Assembly: GCA_050952625.1 (NCBI GenBank)
Contig: JBMNLH010000001.1
Location: 992,001-1,056,000 of the forward strand
Length of the DNA stretch: 64,000 nt
Direction: 5' to 3'
Source of the DNA: Bacillota bacterium
GTDB taxonomy: Bacteria > Bacillota > Ch66 > Ch109
The translations under genes were made by a program, and so were the position numbers. Positions 49,270-58,686 of the stretch are shown here, one piece after another. How positions within the stretch are numbered: the first letter of the stretch is position 1; each line of letters starts with the position of its first letter. The notes below the pieces were generated by a model. The model did no database searches and was not told the origin of the DNA. It saw nothing but the letters and a program-made list of their open reading frames with translations.

Positions 49270-50289
49270 ATGGTGGTGGCACCGCGTGTGGGAATTCCTA
49301 GGGCCTTGTTTTATTACTATTTTTATCCTCAATGGGAAACGTACTTTCGGAAGCTAGGAGCGGAGGTGGTTTTGTCATCTCCCACCCATAAAGGGATCTT
49401 GGAAGCCGGGGTACGCCTAGCGGTTGAGGAAGCTTGCCTGCCAGTGAAAATTTTTTACGGTCACGTCCTTGAACTGGCTCCTCAAGTAGATTACCTTTTC
49501 TTGCCTCGTCTGGTTAGTGTTGAACGCAAAAGCTACATTTGTCCAAAATTTATGGGTTTACCGGATATGATTAAATCAAATATAGCCGGCTTACCTTCCA
49601 TAATAGATCTTTGTGTGGATGTCAGCCATGATGATCGCCAGTACCGGCGGGATTTATACCGGGTCGGTCAGCTGTTTACCCGCAATCCTTGGAAGATCCG
49701 CCAGGCCGAAAAAGAGAGCCTGAGGAGCTTAAAGGAGTACCGGTCACTCCTGAGCCAGGGCTATTTGCCGACGGAAGCCCTGGCCCAGATGGCAGACCTG
49801 GAACAGGTTGGTTTAATGGAGAAACAGAATAGTAACACGAATTTTCCCTTGACAATCGGCTTGCTGGGTCACGGTTATACTATTTATGATGATTTCATTA
49901 GTCAACAGGTGATTCGTCGATTAAGGGAATTAGGGGCAAAGGTGGTTACGCCAGATATCTTACCGGAAGCAACTATTGAAGAGCAGGCCCGCCAACTACC
50001 GAAACGAATGTTTTGGAGCCTCGGCAAAAAGATTTTGGGTGGTGCTTTTCATTATTTTAATAACCATCAGGTAGATGGGATTGTGCACTTAGCCTGTTTC
50101 GGCTGTGGACCGGATTCTTTAATAGCAGAACTGGTTGAAATTGAAGCCTATCGGCGAAAAAATCTGCCTTTTATGCTTTTAACCGTTGATGAGCATACTG
50201 GTGAAGCCGGGATGATAACTCGACTAGAAGCCTTTGTGGATATGATTTTACGCCAGCGAAAACAATCCCTCGCTGGGATCGGGGTTTAA
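49270..50289 (+). CDS. DUF2229 / 2-hydroxyacyl-CoA dehydratase-related protein
   Basis: VGIPRAL, EACLPVK, CPKF, FGCGPD, DEHTGEAG..TRLEAF. Confidence 0.82.
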   Translation: MVVAPRVGIPRALFYYYFYPQWETYFRKLGAEVVLSSPTHKGILEAGVRLAVEEACLPVKIFYGHVLELAPQVDYLFLPRLVSVERKSYICPKFMGLPDMIKSNIAGLPSIIDLCVDVSHDDRQYRRDLYRVGQLFTRNPWKIRQAEKESLRSLKEYRSLLSQGYLPTEALAQMADLEQVGLMEKQNSNTNFPLTIGLLGHGYTIYDDFISQQVIRRLRELGAKVVTPDILPEATIEEQARQLPKRMFWSLGKKILGGAFHYFNNHQVDGIVHLACFGCGPDSLIAELVEIEAYRRKNLPFMLLTVDEHTGEAGMITRLEAFVDMILRQRKQSLAGIGV

Positions 50290-50308
50290 TGGTGACAAAG
50301 GAAGTGAG

Positions 50309-51442
50309 ATGAAAAAGACCGTGAGACATCGACGAGTTACTTTTCCGCATATGGGAAATCAAGCTATCGCCATCAAGGCAATGTTAGAGGCGGTGGGACT
50401 AGAGGTTATTGTTCCGCCGCCAATTACTAAACGAACATTAAATCTGGGGATTCAGCATTCACCAGAGTGTGCCTGTCTGCCACTAAAGATTAATCTGGGT
50501 AATTTTTTGGAAGCGTTTGAACTGGGGGCTAATACCATTATTATGGCCGGAGGATGGGGACCTTGTAGATTTGGGTATTATGCCCAGGTGCAACGCGAAA
50601 TTCTGCGTGATTTGGGATATGATTTTGAACTAGTCGTTTTAGAGGCACCGGATAGTCGGCTGTCGGATCTCCTGAGTCAGGTGAAAGACCTAGCCGGGGG
50701 TTGTTCCTGGCGGCAAATAGCCCAGGCGGTACGACTGGGGTGGGAAAAGGTCAAGGCACTGGATGCCCTGGAGATACTTGTGCAAAAACTGCGACCGCGG
50801 GAGGTTAATGCCGGGCAAGTAGAGGCTGTTTACCGTCAGGTATTGAAGGGTATTGAACGAGCCAGTAATCATTCTCAAATAAGAGAAGCATTGACCGAAG
50901 GGAAAAAGCAATTATTAGCTTTGGATTTAGATTGGCAGAAACCAGTGCTGCGGATTGGGCTGCTCGGTGAAATCTATACCGTCCTCGAACCTTTTACTAA
51001 CCTGCATATCGAACGGCATTTAGGTCGTTTGGGCGTGGAGGTCACTCGATCGATTTATCTAAGTCAATGGGTTAATGACCATCTTTTTGGCGGGTTGCTC
51101 TTCCGCATCCCGAGTACTAAGAAATACTGGAAATTATCAGTCCCTTATATCAATTATTGGGTTGGTGGTCATGGTCGGGAGACAATCGGCGGAGCAGTCT
51201 ATTTTGCCCAACAGGGATACGACGGAGTTATTCAAATCGGTCCATTGACCTGTATGCCCGAAATTGTGGCTCAATCGGTCCTGCCGCAGGTAAGCAATGA
51301 ACAACGCATACCGTCCCTAACCTTGTATTTTGATGAACACTCAGGTGAAGCCGGTTTAGTTACCCGGCTCGAAGCCTTCGTTGATCTATTACGGCGAAGG
51401 ACTGATCAAGCGACTAGGGTGCTAACAAACAAGGTCTCATAA
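50309..51442 (+). CDS. 2-hydroxyacyl-CoA dehydratase D-component-like protein
   Basis: FPHMG, PECACLP, GPCRFGYY, GEIY, TCMPE, DEHSGEAG..TRLEAF. Confidence 0.82.
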   Translation: MKKTVRHRRVTFPHMGNQAIAIKAMLEAVGLEVIVPPPITKRTLNLGIQHSPECACLPLKINLGNFLEAFELGANTIIMAGGWGPCRFGYYAQVQREILRDLGYDFELVVLEAPDSRLSDLLSQVKDLAGGCSWRQIAQAVRLGWEKVKALDALEILVQKLRPREVNAGQVEAVYRQVLKGIERASNHSQIREALTEGKKQLLALDLDWQKPVLRIGLLGEIYTVLEPFTNLHIERHLGRLGVEVTRSIYLSQWVNDHLFGGLLFRIPSTKKYWKLSVPYINYWVGGHGRETIGGAVYFAQQGYDGVIQIGPLTCMPEIVAQSVLPQVSNEQRIPSLTLYFDEHSGEAGLVTRLEAFVDLLRRRTDQATRVLTNKVS

Positions 51443-51553
51443 ATTCTCTCCCACGTTCCCCTATCTGTTTATGCCAGATACTACCGGCTTACTTTTTAGT
51501 TGATTTGGTCTATAATGCCTATGGACAAATAGTTTAAGGACGGGGGAAGATAA

Positions 51554-52051
51554 ATGGTAGAAGAGTGGAAAAAGATGATGGCCAGAAACCTTGACCGAGA
51601 ATTAGAGGCGCGAGGTTTTAGTAACAGTGAACGTGCCCGTTCGGCCTATCACCATTATCGGAACCTGATCTTTGGCTGGATTAAGAGTATGGCCGAAGAA
51701 ATCCAAAACAGCTCTCGAAACCCTAGATCAGTGTTGATCGTTGAGGATGAAGACACTCTTACGGTTAATATCGGGACCGAAATGATTCGCGTGAAAGCCC
51801 GACCCTACCCTCTCTGTTCTCGAGGATGGGGAAAAATCACTGTAAAATCCACCAATAAGCTTCTTTTTAATGAGATGTATCTTTGGAGCAAAGGGGATAA
51901 TTTTATTTGGGTTTATGGTGATGCCCAGCCAAATGATATTGAAAAAGGCGAAAGTGACCGGCTCCAACCAGGAATTGAAGTTACTCGAGAAACAGTTGAG
52001 GTTTTATTTCAGTCTGCTTTTAAGAAGTACCTTGGCAACCAATTAAATTAA
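51554..52051 (+). CDS. Hypothetical protein (165 aa)
   Basis: ORF with RBS GGGGGAAG and upstream TATAAT; no motif recognised. Confidence 0.7.
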   Translation: MVEEWKKMMARNLDRELEARGFSNSERARSAYHHYRNLIFGWIKSMAEEIQNSSRNPRSVLIVEDEDTLTVNIGTEMIRVKARPYPLCSRGWGKITVKSTNKLLFNEMYLWSKGDNFIWVYGDAQPNDIEKGESDRLQPGIEVTRETVEVLFQSAFKKYLGNQLN

Positions 52052-52099
52052 ACTAATGATTTATTTTCAGTATTGTTATTTGTCGCCCTTTCGACTTAA

Positions 52100-52128
52100 T
52101 TGACACTAGATAGCATTTGCGGTAAAAT
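52100..52128 (+). promoter_or_regulatory. SigmaA promoter of lysA
   Basis: TTGACA-N17-TAAAAT. Confidence 0.8.
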
Positions 52129-52151
52129 AATCCCAAAAATTTAATTAGCTA

Positions 52152-52203
52152 AGTATTTCTGCAGGTAGCAGACGGCTTCGAGGAAATACTCGAGGCTTTT
52201 TTA
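52152..52203 (+). promoter_or_regulatory. Leader terminator with competing antiterminator helix
   Basis: Terminator GGCTTCGAG/CTCGAGGCT plus T-run; AGTATTTCT (52152-60) can pair with GGAAATACT (52182-90). Confidence 0.55.
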
Positions 52204-52266
52204 TGTTTTTGAATGATCTAAATTTGCAGTCAGCTTTTGGTTAGCACGGAGGAGAGGGGTTTTACG

Positions 52267-53604
52267 GTGAAATTACACGGAACAATGCGAATTAATGAAC
52301 TGGGGCACTTAGAAATCGGCGGGTATGATACAGTCGAACTAGCTCGCAATTTTGGGACTCCTTTGTATGTTATGGATGAAGCGGAAATCCGTCGGGTTTG
52401 CCGGGAATACCGGGCCGCTTTTACAGATGGGTTTGGCGGTGAGGTGATTTATGCCAGTAAGGCCTTCATGAATCTGGCAATGTGTCGGGTGATTGAGGAA
52501 GAAGGCTTGAGTTTAGATGTAGTCTCCGGGGGTGAGCTGTACACCGCCATCAAGGCTCGGTTCCCAGCCTCGCGTATCTATTTTCACGGCAACAACAAGC
52601 AGCCGCAAGAACTGCGGATGGCCCTGGAATATCGGGTTGGGCGGATAGTAGTTGATAATTTTCAAGAAATGACTTTCTTGAATGATTTAGCTGGGCAGAT
52701 GGGAGTGTGCGCTCAGGTCCTGCTTAGATTAACCCCAGGCGTCGAAGCGCATACGCATGAATATATCCGGACTGGTCAGATTGATTCCAAGTTTGGCTTT
52801 ACGGTGCCGAATGGTCAGGCCTTGGAAGCAGTTAAATTATGTCTTACCCTTCCTCACCTTGAATTCAAGGGGATTCATTGCCATATCGGTTCCCAGGTAT
52901 TTGACATGAGTTCTTTTAATCATGCCGCTAAAGTAATGATGGAGGTAATTAAAGATATTCGGGAGCAGGCGGGAATAGCTGTTGAGGAACTAAATCTAGG
53001 CGGAGGTTTTGGCATTTACTATGTTGAAGGCGACCAGCCGGCCACTATTGCTGAATATGCTCAAGCGGTTACCGGCGCGGTTAAAGAAACGGCAGCGAAG
53101 TACCAACTCAATGTCCCTAAAATTATGATTGAACCAGGCCGGTCGATTGTTGGCGAAGCCGGCACTACTCTGTATACAGTAGGATCAATCAAGGAGATTC
53201 CGGGAATTCGGAAGTATGTCGCAGTTGATGGTGGAATGGCGGATAACCCTCGACCGGCTCTTTACCAGGCTCGTTATGAGGCGGTAGTCGCCAACCGCGC
53301 CGCCGAACCAGCCGCAGAGACTGTTTCCATTACCGGTAAGTGTTGTGAGTCGGGCGATATGCTGATTTGGGATATTAATCTGCCTCAGGTTAAATCGGGT
53401 GACATTTTAGCTGTTTTTTGTACCGGGGCTTATAACTACACCATGTCAATGAATTATAACCGTCTTGGCCGTCCAGCGGTGGTCTTGGTCAATGACGGGC
53501 GAGCCGATGTGATCGTGGAGCGGGAAAGTTATGAGGACTTGTTGCGGAACGATCGCCTGCCGGAGCGACTAAGAGTGGGAAATAAAATTAAGCTGGTACT
53601 GTAA
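52267..53604 (+). CDS. lysA: Diaminopimelate decarboxylase
   Basis: YASKA, HCHIGSQ, EPGRS, GKCCESGD, TGAY; GTG start. Confidence 0.97.
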   Translation: MKLHGTMRINELGHLEIGGYDTVELARNFGTPLYVMDEAEIRRVCREYRAAFTDGFGGEVIYASKAFMNLAMCRVIEEEGLSLDVVSGGELYTAIKARFPASRIYFHGNNKQPQELRMALEYRVGRIVVDNFQEMTFLNDLAGQMGVCAQVLLRLTPGVEAHTHEYIRTGQIDSKFGFTVPNGQALEAVKLCLTLPHLEFKGIHCHIGSQVFDMSSFNHAAKVMMEVIKDIREQAGIAVEELNLGGGFGIYYVEGDQPATIAEYAQAVTGAVKETAAKYQLNVPKIMIEPGRSIVGEAGTTLYTVGSIKEIPGIRKYVAVDGGMADNPRPALYQARYEAVVANRAAEPAAETVSITGKCCESGDMLIWDINLPQVKSGDILAVFCTGAYNYTMSMNYNRLGRPAVVLVNDGRADVIVERESYEDLLRNDRLPERLRVGNKIKLVL

Positions 53605-53673
53605 AATTTGGTTTTGCAGTGATTTTTTAGTTGCCTTTTATTCAATAGAATTATTATAAGATAAAAAATGCTT

Positions 53674-53706
53674 AGAGGCCGTTAAACGTTAAAACGGTCT
53701 CTTTTT
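53674..53706 (+). terminator. lysA terminator
   Basis: AGAGGCCGTT...AACGGTCTCT followed by a T-run. Confidence 0.8.
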
Positions 53707-54044
53707 ATTATATAATTTATTTAATAATTATATTTTAGTGCTTTTTATGTTTTTACTTTCAGGCAGAACCTTGCCTTAATCACGTCTTTCAAATGCTCAT
53801 GAGTTTCCAAAGTATGGGGAACCAACTATTGTTCCCCTTTTTTGACATCAAAAAGGTGTTAGTTCCCACTTGAGTTATGGAGAGATCAAGAAAAACTACT
53901 ATTACAAAGCATATTATTATGAGAAGCACAACTATAATTTAATGTTATATATAATATAAAGGATTGTTCGCAAGCAAACTCGAATATTATTTAATGTTCT
54001 GTAATGGTCCAATACACTAATTTTCGGGAGGGAGTAGTATACCA

Positions 54045-55184
54045 GTGACAAGTAGCCCAATAGAAGATTTTTTAAGTTTAAGGGAAGTAAATATTTTAAA
54101 AATCAAAGAAATGAAAGATAAAGGGATTAAGGTGGTCGGTAGTTACTGCACCTACTGTCCGACGGAACTAATTCTAGCTGCCGGAGCGATTCCAGTAAGT
54201 CTGTGCGGAACAAAGGATGACCCGATTAGTGCCGCAGAACGGACCCTTCCTCGGAATTTATGTCCGCTGATCAAATCCTCATATGGTTTTGCAGTTACCG
54301 ATACTTGTCCGTTTTTTTATTTTTCAGATTTGATTGTCGGGGAAACGACCTGTGATGGGAAAAAGAAAATGTTTGAACAGATGCAACAGTTGAAGCCGGT
54401 CCATGTGATGGAACTGCCGACAATAAAGAAGAGTGAGGCGTCTTTTCAATTGTGGGTAGAAGAAATCAGGAGATTGCGGGTCTGGTTAGAAGAGAACTTG
54501 TCGGTTAAAATCACGGATGAGGCGATCTGGCAAGCCATTGAGATTGTTAATCAGGAGCGATCATTAATCAAAGCAATCAGTGATTTAAACCAAATTGATC
54601 CGCCGCCCTTAAGTGGACTAAGTTTGCTAACTGTTTCCTGGTCGAGATCTTTTAATAGTGATAAAGCAGAAACAATCCGGATGCTTCGGGATTTGAAGGA
54701 AAGACTAGCTGTCCATCAACCTGACCAGGTTTCCGTTAAACAACGGATTTTGCTGACTGGCTGCCCGGTCGGCCTGGGTACCGAAAAGGTAATTCGCCTG
54801 ACCGAGGAACTAGGAGGTGCCGTCGTCGCCTTGGAGAATTGTTCCGGGTACAAAACTTTAGAATTACAAACTAATACTGAATATTCAGACCCAATTGTCG
54901 CCTTGGCCGATAAGTATCTCCAAATACCCTGTTCCTGCATGAGTCCCAATCCCTATCGGTTGGAGCTGCTAGAACGGATGATTCATGATTTTCGAATAGA
55001 TGCGGTTATTGACCTTACCTGGCAAGCTTGCCATACTTATAACATTGAAGCATATCAGGTAGAACAGCTAGTACAGCAGAAAGGGTTGCCGTACCTGCAT
55101 CTGGAGAGCGACTACTCTTCGGCGGATTTAGAAAGTCTAAAGGTTCGAATTGAGGCCTTGCTGGAGATGGCGGGGAATAGTTAA
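54045..55184 (+). CDS. Double-cubane cluster anaerobic reductase (DCCP/YjiM-like, HgdD family)
   Basis: YCTYCP, LPRNLCPLIKSSYG, CPFF, GETTCDGKKK, ENCSG, CSCMSPN, QACHTY. Confidence 0.88.
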   Translation: MTSSPIEDFLSLREVNILKIKEMKDKGIKVVGSYCTYCPTELILAAGAIPVSLCGTKDDPISAAERTLPRNLCPLIKSSYGFAVTDTCPFFYFSDLIVGETTCDGKKKMFEQMQQLKPVHVMELPTIKKSEASFQLWVEEIRRLRVWLEENLSVKITDEAIWQAIEIVNQERSLIKAISDLNQIDPPPLSGLSLLTVSWSRSFNSDKAETIRMLRDLKERLAVHQPDQVSVKQRILLTGCPVGLGTEKVIRLTEELGGAVVALENCSGYKTLELQTNTEYSDPIVALADKYLQIPCSCMSPNPYRLELLERMIHDFRIDAVIDLTWQACHTYNIEAYQVEQLVQQKGLPYLHLESDYSSADLESLKVRIEALLEMAGNS

Positions 55185-55201
55185 TTGCTCATATTTTTTA
55201 G

Positions 55202-55279
55202 GCCGCGATGGCGAAAAGAATCGGGGTAGAAGGCCTAGTTACCTTTACCGGTGGAGTAGCCCGGAATGAGGGAATGTAA
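55202..55279 (+). pseudogene. Fragment of an ATP-dependent activase (BadF/BadG/BcrA/BcrD, YjiL-like)
   Basis: Reads AAMAKRIGVEGLVTFTGGVARNEGM*, containing the activase FTGGVAxN motif, in the expected position right after DCCP. Confidence 0.75.
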
Positions 55280-55307
55280 AGCCGCCCTTATTAATTTTGG
55301 GCGGCTT
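55279..55307. terminator. Terminator hairpin between convergent units
   Basis: AAGCCGCCC...GGGCGGCTT. Confidence 0.75.
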
Positions 55308-55315
55308 AATTACGT

Positions 55316-55519
55316 TTATTTCACAAAAACTACATTGATTGCTTTGATTAAGGCAGTCACTTGGTCACCCTCGACAAAGCCGACTTCTTCTAAAGACTCT
55401 CGCGTCATCACGGACGCGATTTCGGTATCACCTATTCACATAGTGACTTGGGCCATGACACCGTCTGCTTTTATTTTTCAAACACTACCGCGCAGTTGAT
55501 TTCGAACCCCTGCCTCCAT
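55316..55519 (-). pseudogene. Mop/TOBE molybdate-binding protein with two in-frame TGA codons
   Basis: MEAGVRNQLRGSV*KIKADGVMAQVTM*IGDTEIASVMTRESLEEVGFVEGDQVTALIKAINVVFVK*; RBS AAGGAGTGA. Confidence 0.85.
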
Positions 55520-55852
55520 TGCTTTTTAAATCACTCCTTGCTATAAAGTTTAATCGTTTCTATTTTACCCTAATACTCTTTTCTATATACCTAATACTCT
55601 TCTCTATATAAATAAAGTATATTACAGAGACGTTCTTGCCCTAGATGATGCTAAAATAGAGCATTTTATTACCTGTTTTCTCCATAGGCCTTTTCCGACC
55701 AGAGCATAAAATTACTTAATAAGCGATGCTTTTGCTATAACTATAATTTATATATTATATAACAATAATTATGCTATAATACCTGTGGCGTACCGGTGGC
55801 CATAGGTCGATTGTTGCTAGCTATTGTAGAATTAAGGAGGGGAAACTTTGTA

Positions 55853-56986
55853 ATGAAAAGAATTACTCTGCTATTTAGTCTAGTCCTCATGCTTTGTCTC
55901 GTATTAGTCGGTTGTGGACAAACTAATGAAACTACTGGGCCATCGACTACCCAGCAAAACCTTCCGACAATTAATCTTGGTTACATTTTTACGAACCACC
56001 AAACCCCTCTCTTGGTTAGTGCCGTTAAAGGTGAAGCATTTAAGGATATGGGAGTCTACCTTAAGCCGGTCGTTGCCAAAGAAAAATATGAATTGATTTC
56101 TGACGGTAAAACACTGGCCAACATAAACCTGGTGGTAACCAAAAGCGGCTCCGAAGTCACCACTTTATTGGCGCAAAAACACATCGATATTGCTCTGGGA
56201 TCTGTCACCGCTTTCATGCATGGAGTAGACCAGCAGACGCCCATGAAAGTACTGAGCCCTATCCAGACTGAAGGGATGGGACTGGTAGTGCCCCAAGACA
56301 GCAATATCCAAGATTGGGATACTTTTGTGGCTTATCTTAAGGCAACCAAGCAGCCAGTTAAAATTGGTTATCATTCGCCGACCAGTGGGCCTAAAATTGT
56401 TTTTGAAGGGGCCCTGAAAAAGGCAGACATAAGTGTTACCCAGGACCCAAACAACATGCAAGCCGAAGTCTTGCTGGTTGATTTAAAATCTACCTCTAAC
56501 CTAAACCCAGCTCTAACCAGCAAGCAAGTGGATGGTTGGGTAGGGCCTTCCCCTTACCCGGAAGTGGCCGTTACTGAGGGAATTGGCAAGATCGCCTTTG
56601 AATTAAGGGACCTGCCTCCTGAAGGTTATTGGCATGATTTTCCTTGCTGCGTAGTGGGAGCGCGCCAGGAGATTATTGATAATAATCCTGAGGTAACCCA
56701 AGCCATTGTAGAATTAACCCATAAGGCCAGTGATTGGTGTAATGCTAACAAGGAAGAAGCAGCGACCATCACTGCTGAATGGATTGGCATAGCGGTAGAA
56801 GCGGCCAAAGTTTCAAATATTGTTTACACGACCAATCCTACTGCCAAATGGAGAGAAGGAGCCGCAACTTATATCGATATTTTAAATGATATGGATAAAT
56901 TCAATGGTAGTTTTAAAGGAAAGAAATACAGTGAAATCGAGACCTCACTAATGGATTTCAGCTTTATTGAAAAAGCAAGCCAATAA
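55853..56986 (+). CDS. ABC transporter substrate-binding lipoprotein (NitT/TauT, SsuA/NrtA-like)
   Basis: Lipobox LVGC; WHDFPCCV motif; first gene of a three-gene ABC operon. Confidence 0.85.
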   Translation: MKRITLLFSLVLMLCLVLVGCGQTNETTGPSTTQQNLPTINLGYIFTNHQTPLLVSAVKGEAFKDMGVYLKPVVAKEKYELISDGKTLANINLVVTKSGSEVTTLLAQKHIDIALGSVTAFMHGVDQQTPMKVLSPIQTEGMGLVVPQDSNIQDWDTFVAYLKATKQPVKIGYHSPTSGPKIVFEGALKKADISVTQDPNNMQAEVLLVDLKSTSNLNPALTSKQVDGWVGPSPYPEVAVTEGIGKIAFELRDLPPEGYWHDFPCCVVGARQEIIDNNPEVTQAIVELTHKASDWCNANKEEAATITAEWIGIAVEAAKVSNIVYTTNPTAKWREGAATYIDILNDMDKFNGSFKGKKYSEIETSLMDFSFIEKASQ

Positions 56987-57052
56987 CCAAAATGAGGTTC
57001 CTATTCGCTCTAGCTAACGGGAACCTCTCTTATTTTTATTGGGTGTGAAAAA

Positions 57053-57895
57053 ATGAACCGTAATCGTAATTATAAAAGTTTTTGGGTATCACTGATTGTT
57101 CCAATATCATTTGTTTTTCTGTGGATTTTTATGGCAGCAAAAATTAATAATGCAGTTATTCTTCCCACGGCCAACCAGGTCTTTCAACTGGTATTGCACC
57201 CTTTGGATAATTTAATTAGTATGGGTTCGCTGCTGAATAACATTTTGGTAAGCATAATTAGGGTGTTGGTCGGATATTTATTAGCCGTCTGCCTAGCTAT
57301 ACCGCTGGGTATTCTGATGGGTTATTATGGCCTGATGTTCAAGCTGTTTAACACCTTCTTAGGTCTGTTCAGGCCAATCCCTCCATTGGCCTGGGTGCCT
57401 TTAGTGCTCGCCTGGTTTGGCATCAGTAGTTTTGCCACCCTTCTGGGGGTGGAGCAAGGGGAATTATATATCTATCTCAACAATTTAAAAATCTCCATGG
57501 TTTTTATCATCTTCATTGGGGCTTTTTATCCAGTGCTAACCAGTTCGATTTACGGTGTGAAGACCGTCAGAAAGACTTTGATTGATTCGGCCCGGGTCCT
57601 AGGGGCTAGCGAGTCTGATATATTCCTAAAAATATTAATTCCCTCAGCCGCCCCTTCCATTGTCAATGGTATGCGGATCGGGTTAGGTGTGGCTTGGATG
57701 TGCCTGGTGTCCGCCGAAATGTTGCCCGGAAGTTTGTCCGGGATTGGTTACCTGATTACCCATGCCTATACCGTCGCTCGAACCGATATTGTTATCGCCG
57801 GGATGATTAGTATTGGAGTGGTAGGAGCACTGCTTGATTGGTTATTCCGATTGTTGGAAGACAGAAAATTTAAGTGGCAGCGTTTAGCCAGATAG
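57053..57895 (+). CDS. ABC transporter permease (SsuC/TauC-like)
   Basis: RPIPPLAWVP, EAA-like loop DSARVLGA, AWMCLVSAEM. Confidence 0.92.
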   Translation: MNRNRNYKSFWVSLIVPISFVFLWIFMAAKINNAVILPTANQVFQLVLHPLDNLISMGSLLNNILVSIIRVLVGYLLAVCLAIPLGILMGYYGLMFKLFNTFLGLFRPIPPLAWVPLVLAWFGISSFATLLGVEQGELYIYLNNLKISMVFIIFIGAFYPVLTSSIYGVKTVRKTLIDSARVLGASESDIFLKILIPSAAPSIVNGMRIGLGVAWMCLVSAEMLPGSLSGIGYLITHAYTVARTDIVIAGMISIGVVGALLDWLFRLLEDRKFKWQRLAR

Positions 57896-57910
57896 ATAAG
57901 TGAGGCGGGT

Positions 57911-58663
57911 ATGGACGGAATTATTCAAGTTCAACATTTGAGTAAGATCTACACCATGGAACAGGGAAAAAAGGTACATGCCCTGGAGGATATAAACCTG
58001 GATATTTATCCTAACGATTTTATCTGTATTGTCGGACCTTCTGGCTGTGGGAAATCAACCCTGCTAAAAATCTTAGCCGGGCTTGAGGCCCCGAGTTCCG
58101 GATCAGCTTGTTTTCAGGGAGTGCCGATAATCAAACCCAGCCGAGATATTGGCCTGGTTTTTCAGGAGTATTCACTCCTGCCATGGCGAACCGTGATTGA
58201 TAACATCTCGCTCGGCTTAGAATTTGATAAACAGCCCAAACAAGAACGTCTCGCCGTGGCCGAGCAATTTCTGCAATTGGTTGGCCTTCAAGATTTTGCT
58301 GGGGCGTATCCCTATGAGTTATCCGGCGGCATGCAACAGCGGGTAGCCATTGCCCGGGCCTTAGCCAATAATCCTCAGGTTCTATTAATGGATGAACCAT
58401 TTGGCGCGCTAGACGCGCATACGAGAATCCTATTACAAAAAGAACTGCTGCGGATTTGGGAAATAAACCGCAAAACCATAGTCTTTGTAACTCACAGTGT
58501 AGATGAAGCCATTTACTTGGCTGACTCTATTGTGGTTATGTCACCTCATCTGGGTAGAATTAAAGAGGTGATCAAAGTTAATATTCCTAGACCTCGTGAT
58601 CGAGCTAATCCAAAATATGGACAAATGGCTTCGGAAATCCTCACAATGCTGGATGTGGAATAA
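57911..58663 (+). CDS. ABC transporter ATPase (SsuB/TauB-like)
   Basis: GPSGCGKST, LSGGMQQR, LLMDEPFGALD. Confidence 0.95.
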   Translation: MDGIIQVQHLSKIYTMEQGKKVHALEDINLDIYPNDFICIVGPSGCGKSTLLKILAGLEAPSSGSACFQGVPIIKPSRDIGLVFQEYSLLPWRTVIDNISLGLEFDKQPKQERLAVAEQFLQLVGLQDFAGAYPYELSGGMQQRVAIARALANNPQVLLMDEPFGALDAHTRILLQKELLRIWEINRKTIVFVTHSVDEAIYLADSIVVMSPHLGRIKEVIKVNIPRPRDRANPKYGQMASEILTMLDVE

Positions 58664-58686
58664 GCACCGTAAGATCTGTCTTAAGT

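Noticed and set aside
52135-52260. Canonical lysine riboswitch or T-box before lysA
   Set aside because: Leader is too short and lacks L-box and T-box consensus motifs; kept only as a candidate novel attenuator.
55266-55499. 77-aa plus-strand ORF
   Set aside because: Shadow of the minus-strand Mop gene and terminator.
55316-55519. Genome-wide UGA reassignment (genetic code 4/25)
   Set aside because: TGA terminates conserved genes at their expected ends (xerD, nudF, spoVAC) and Trp is encoded by TGG.
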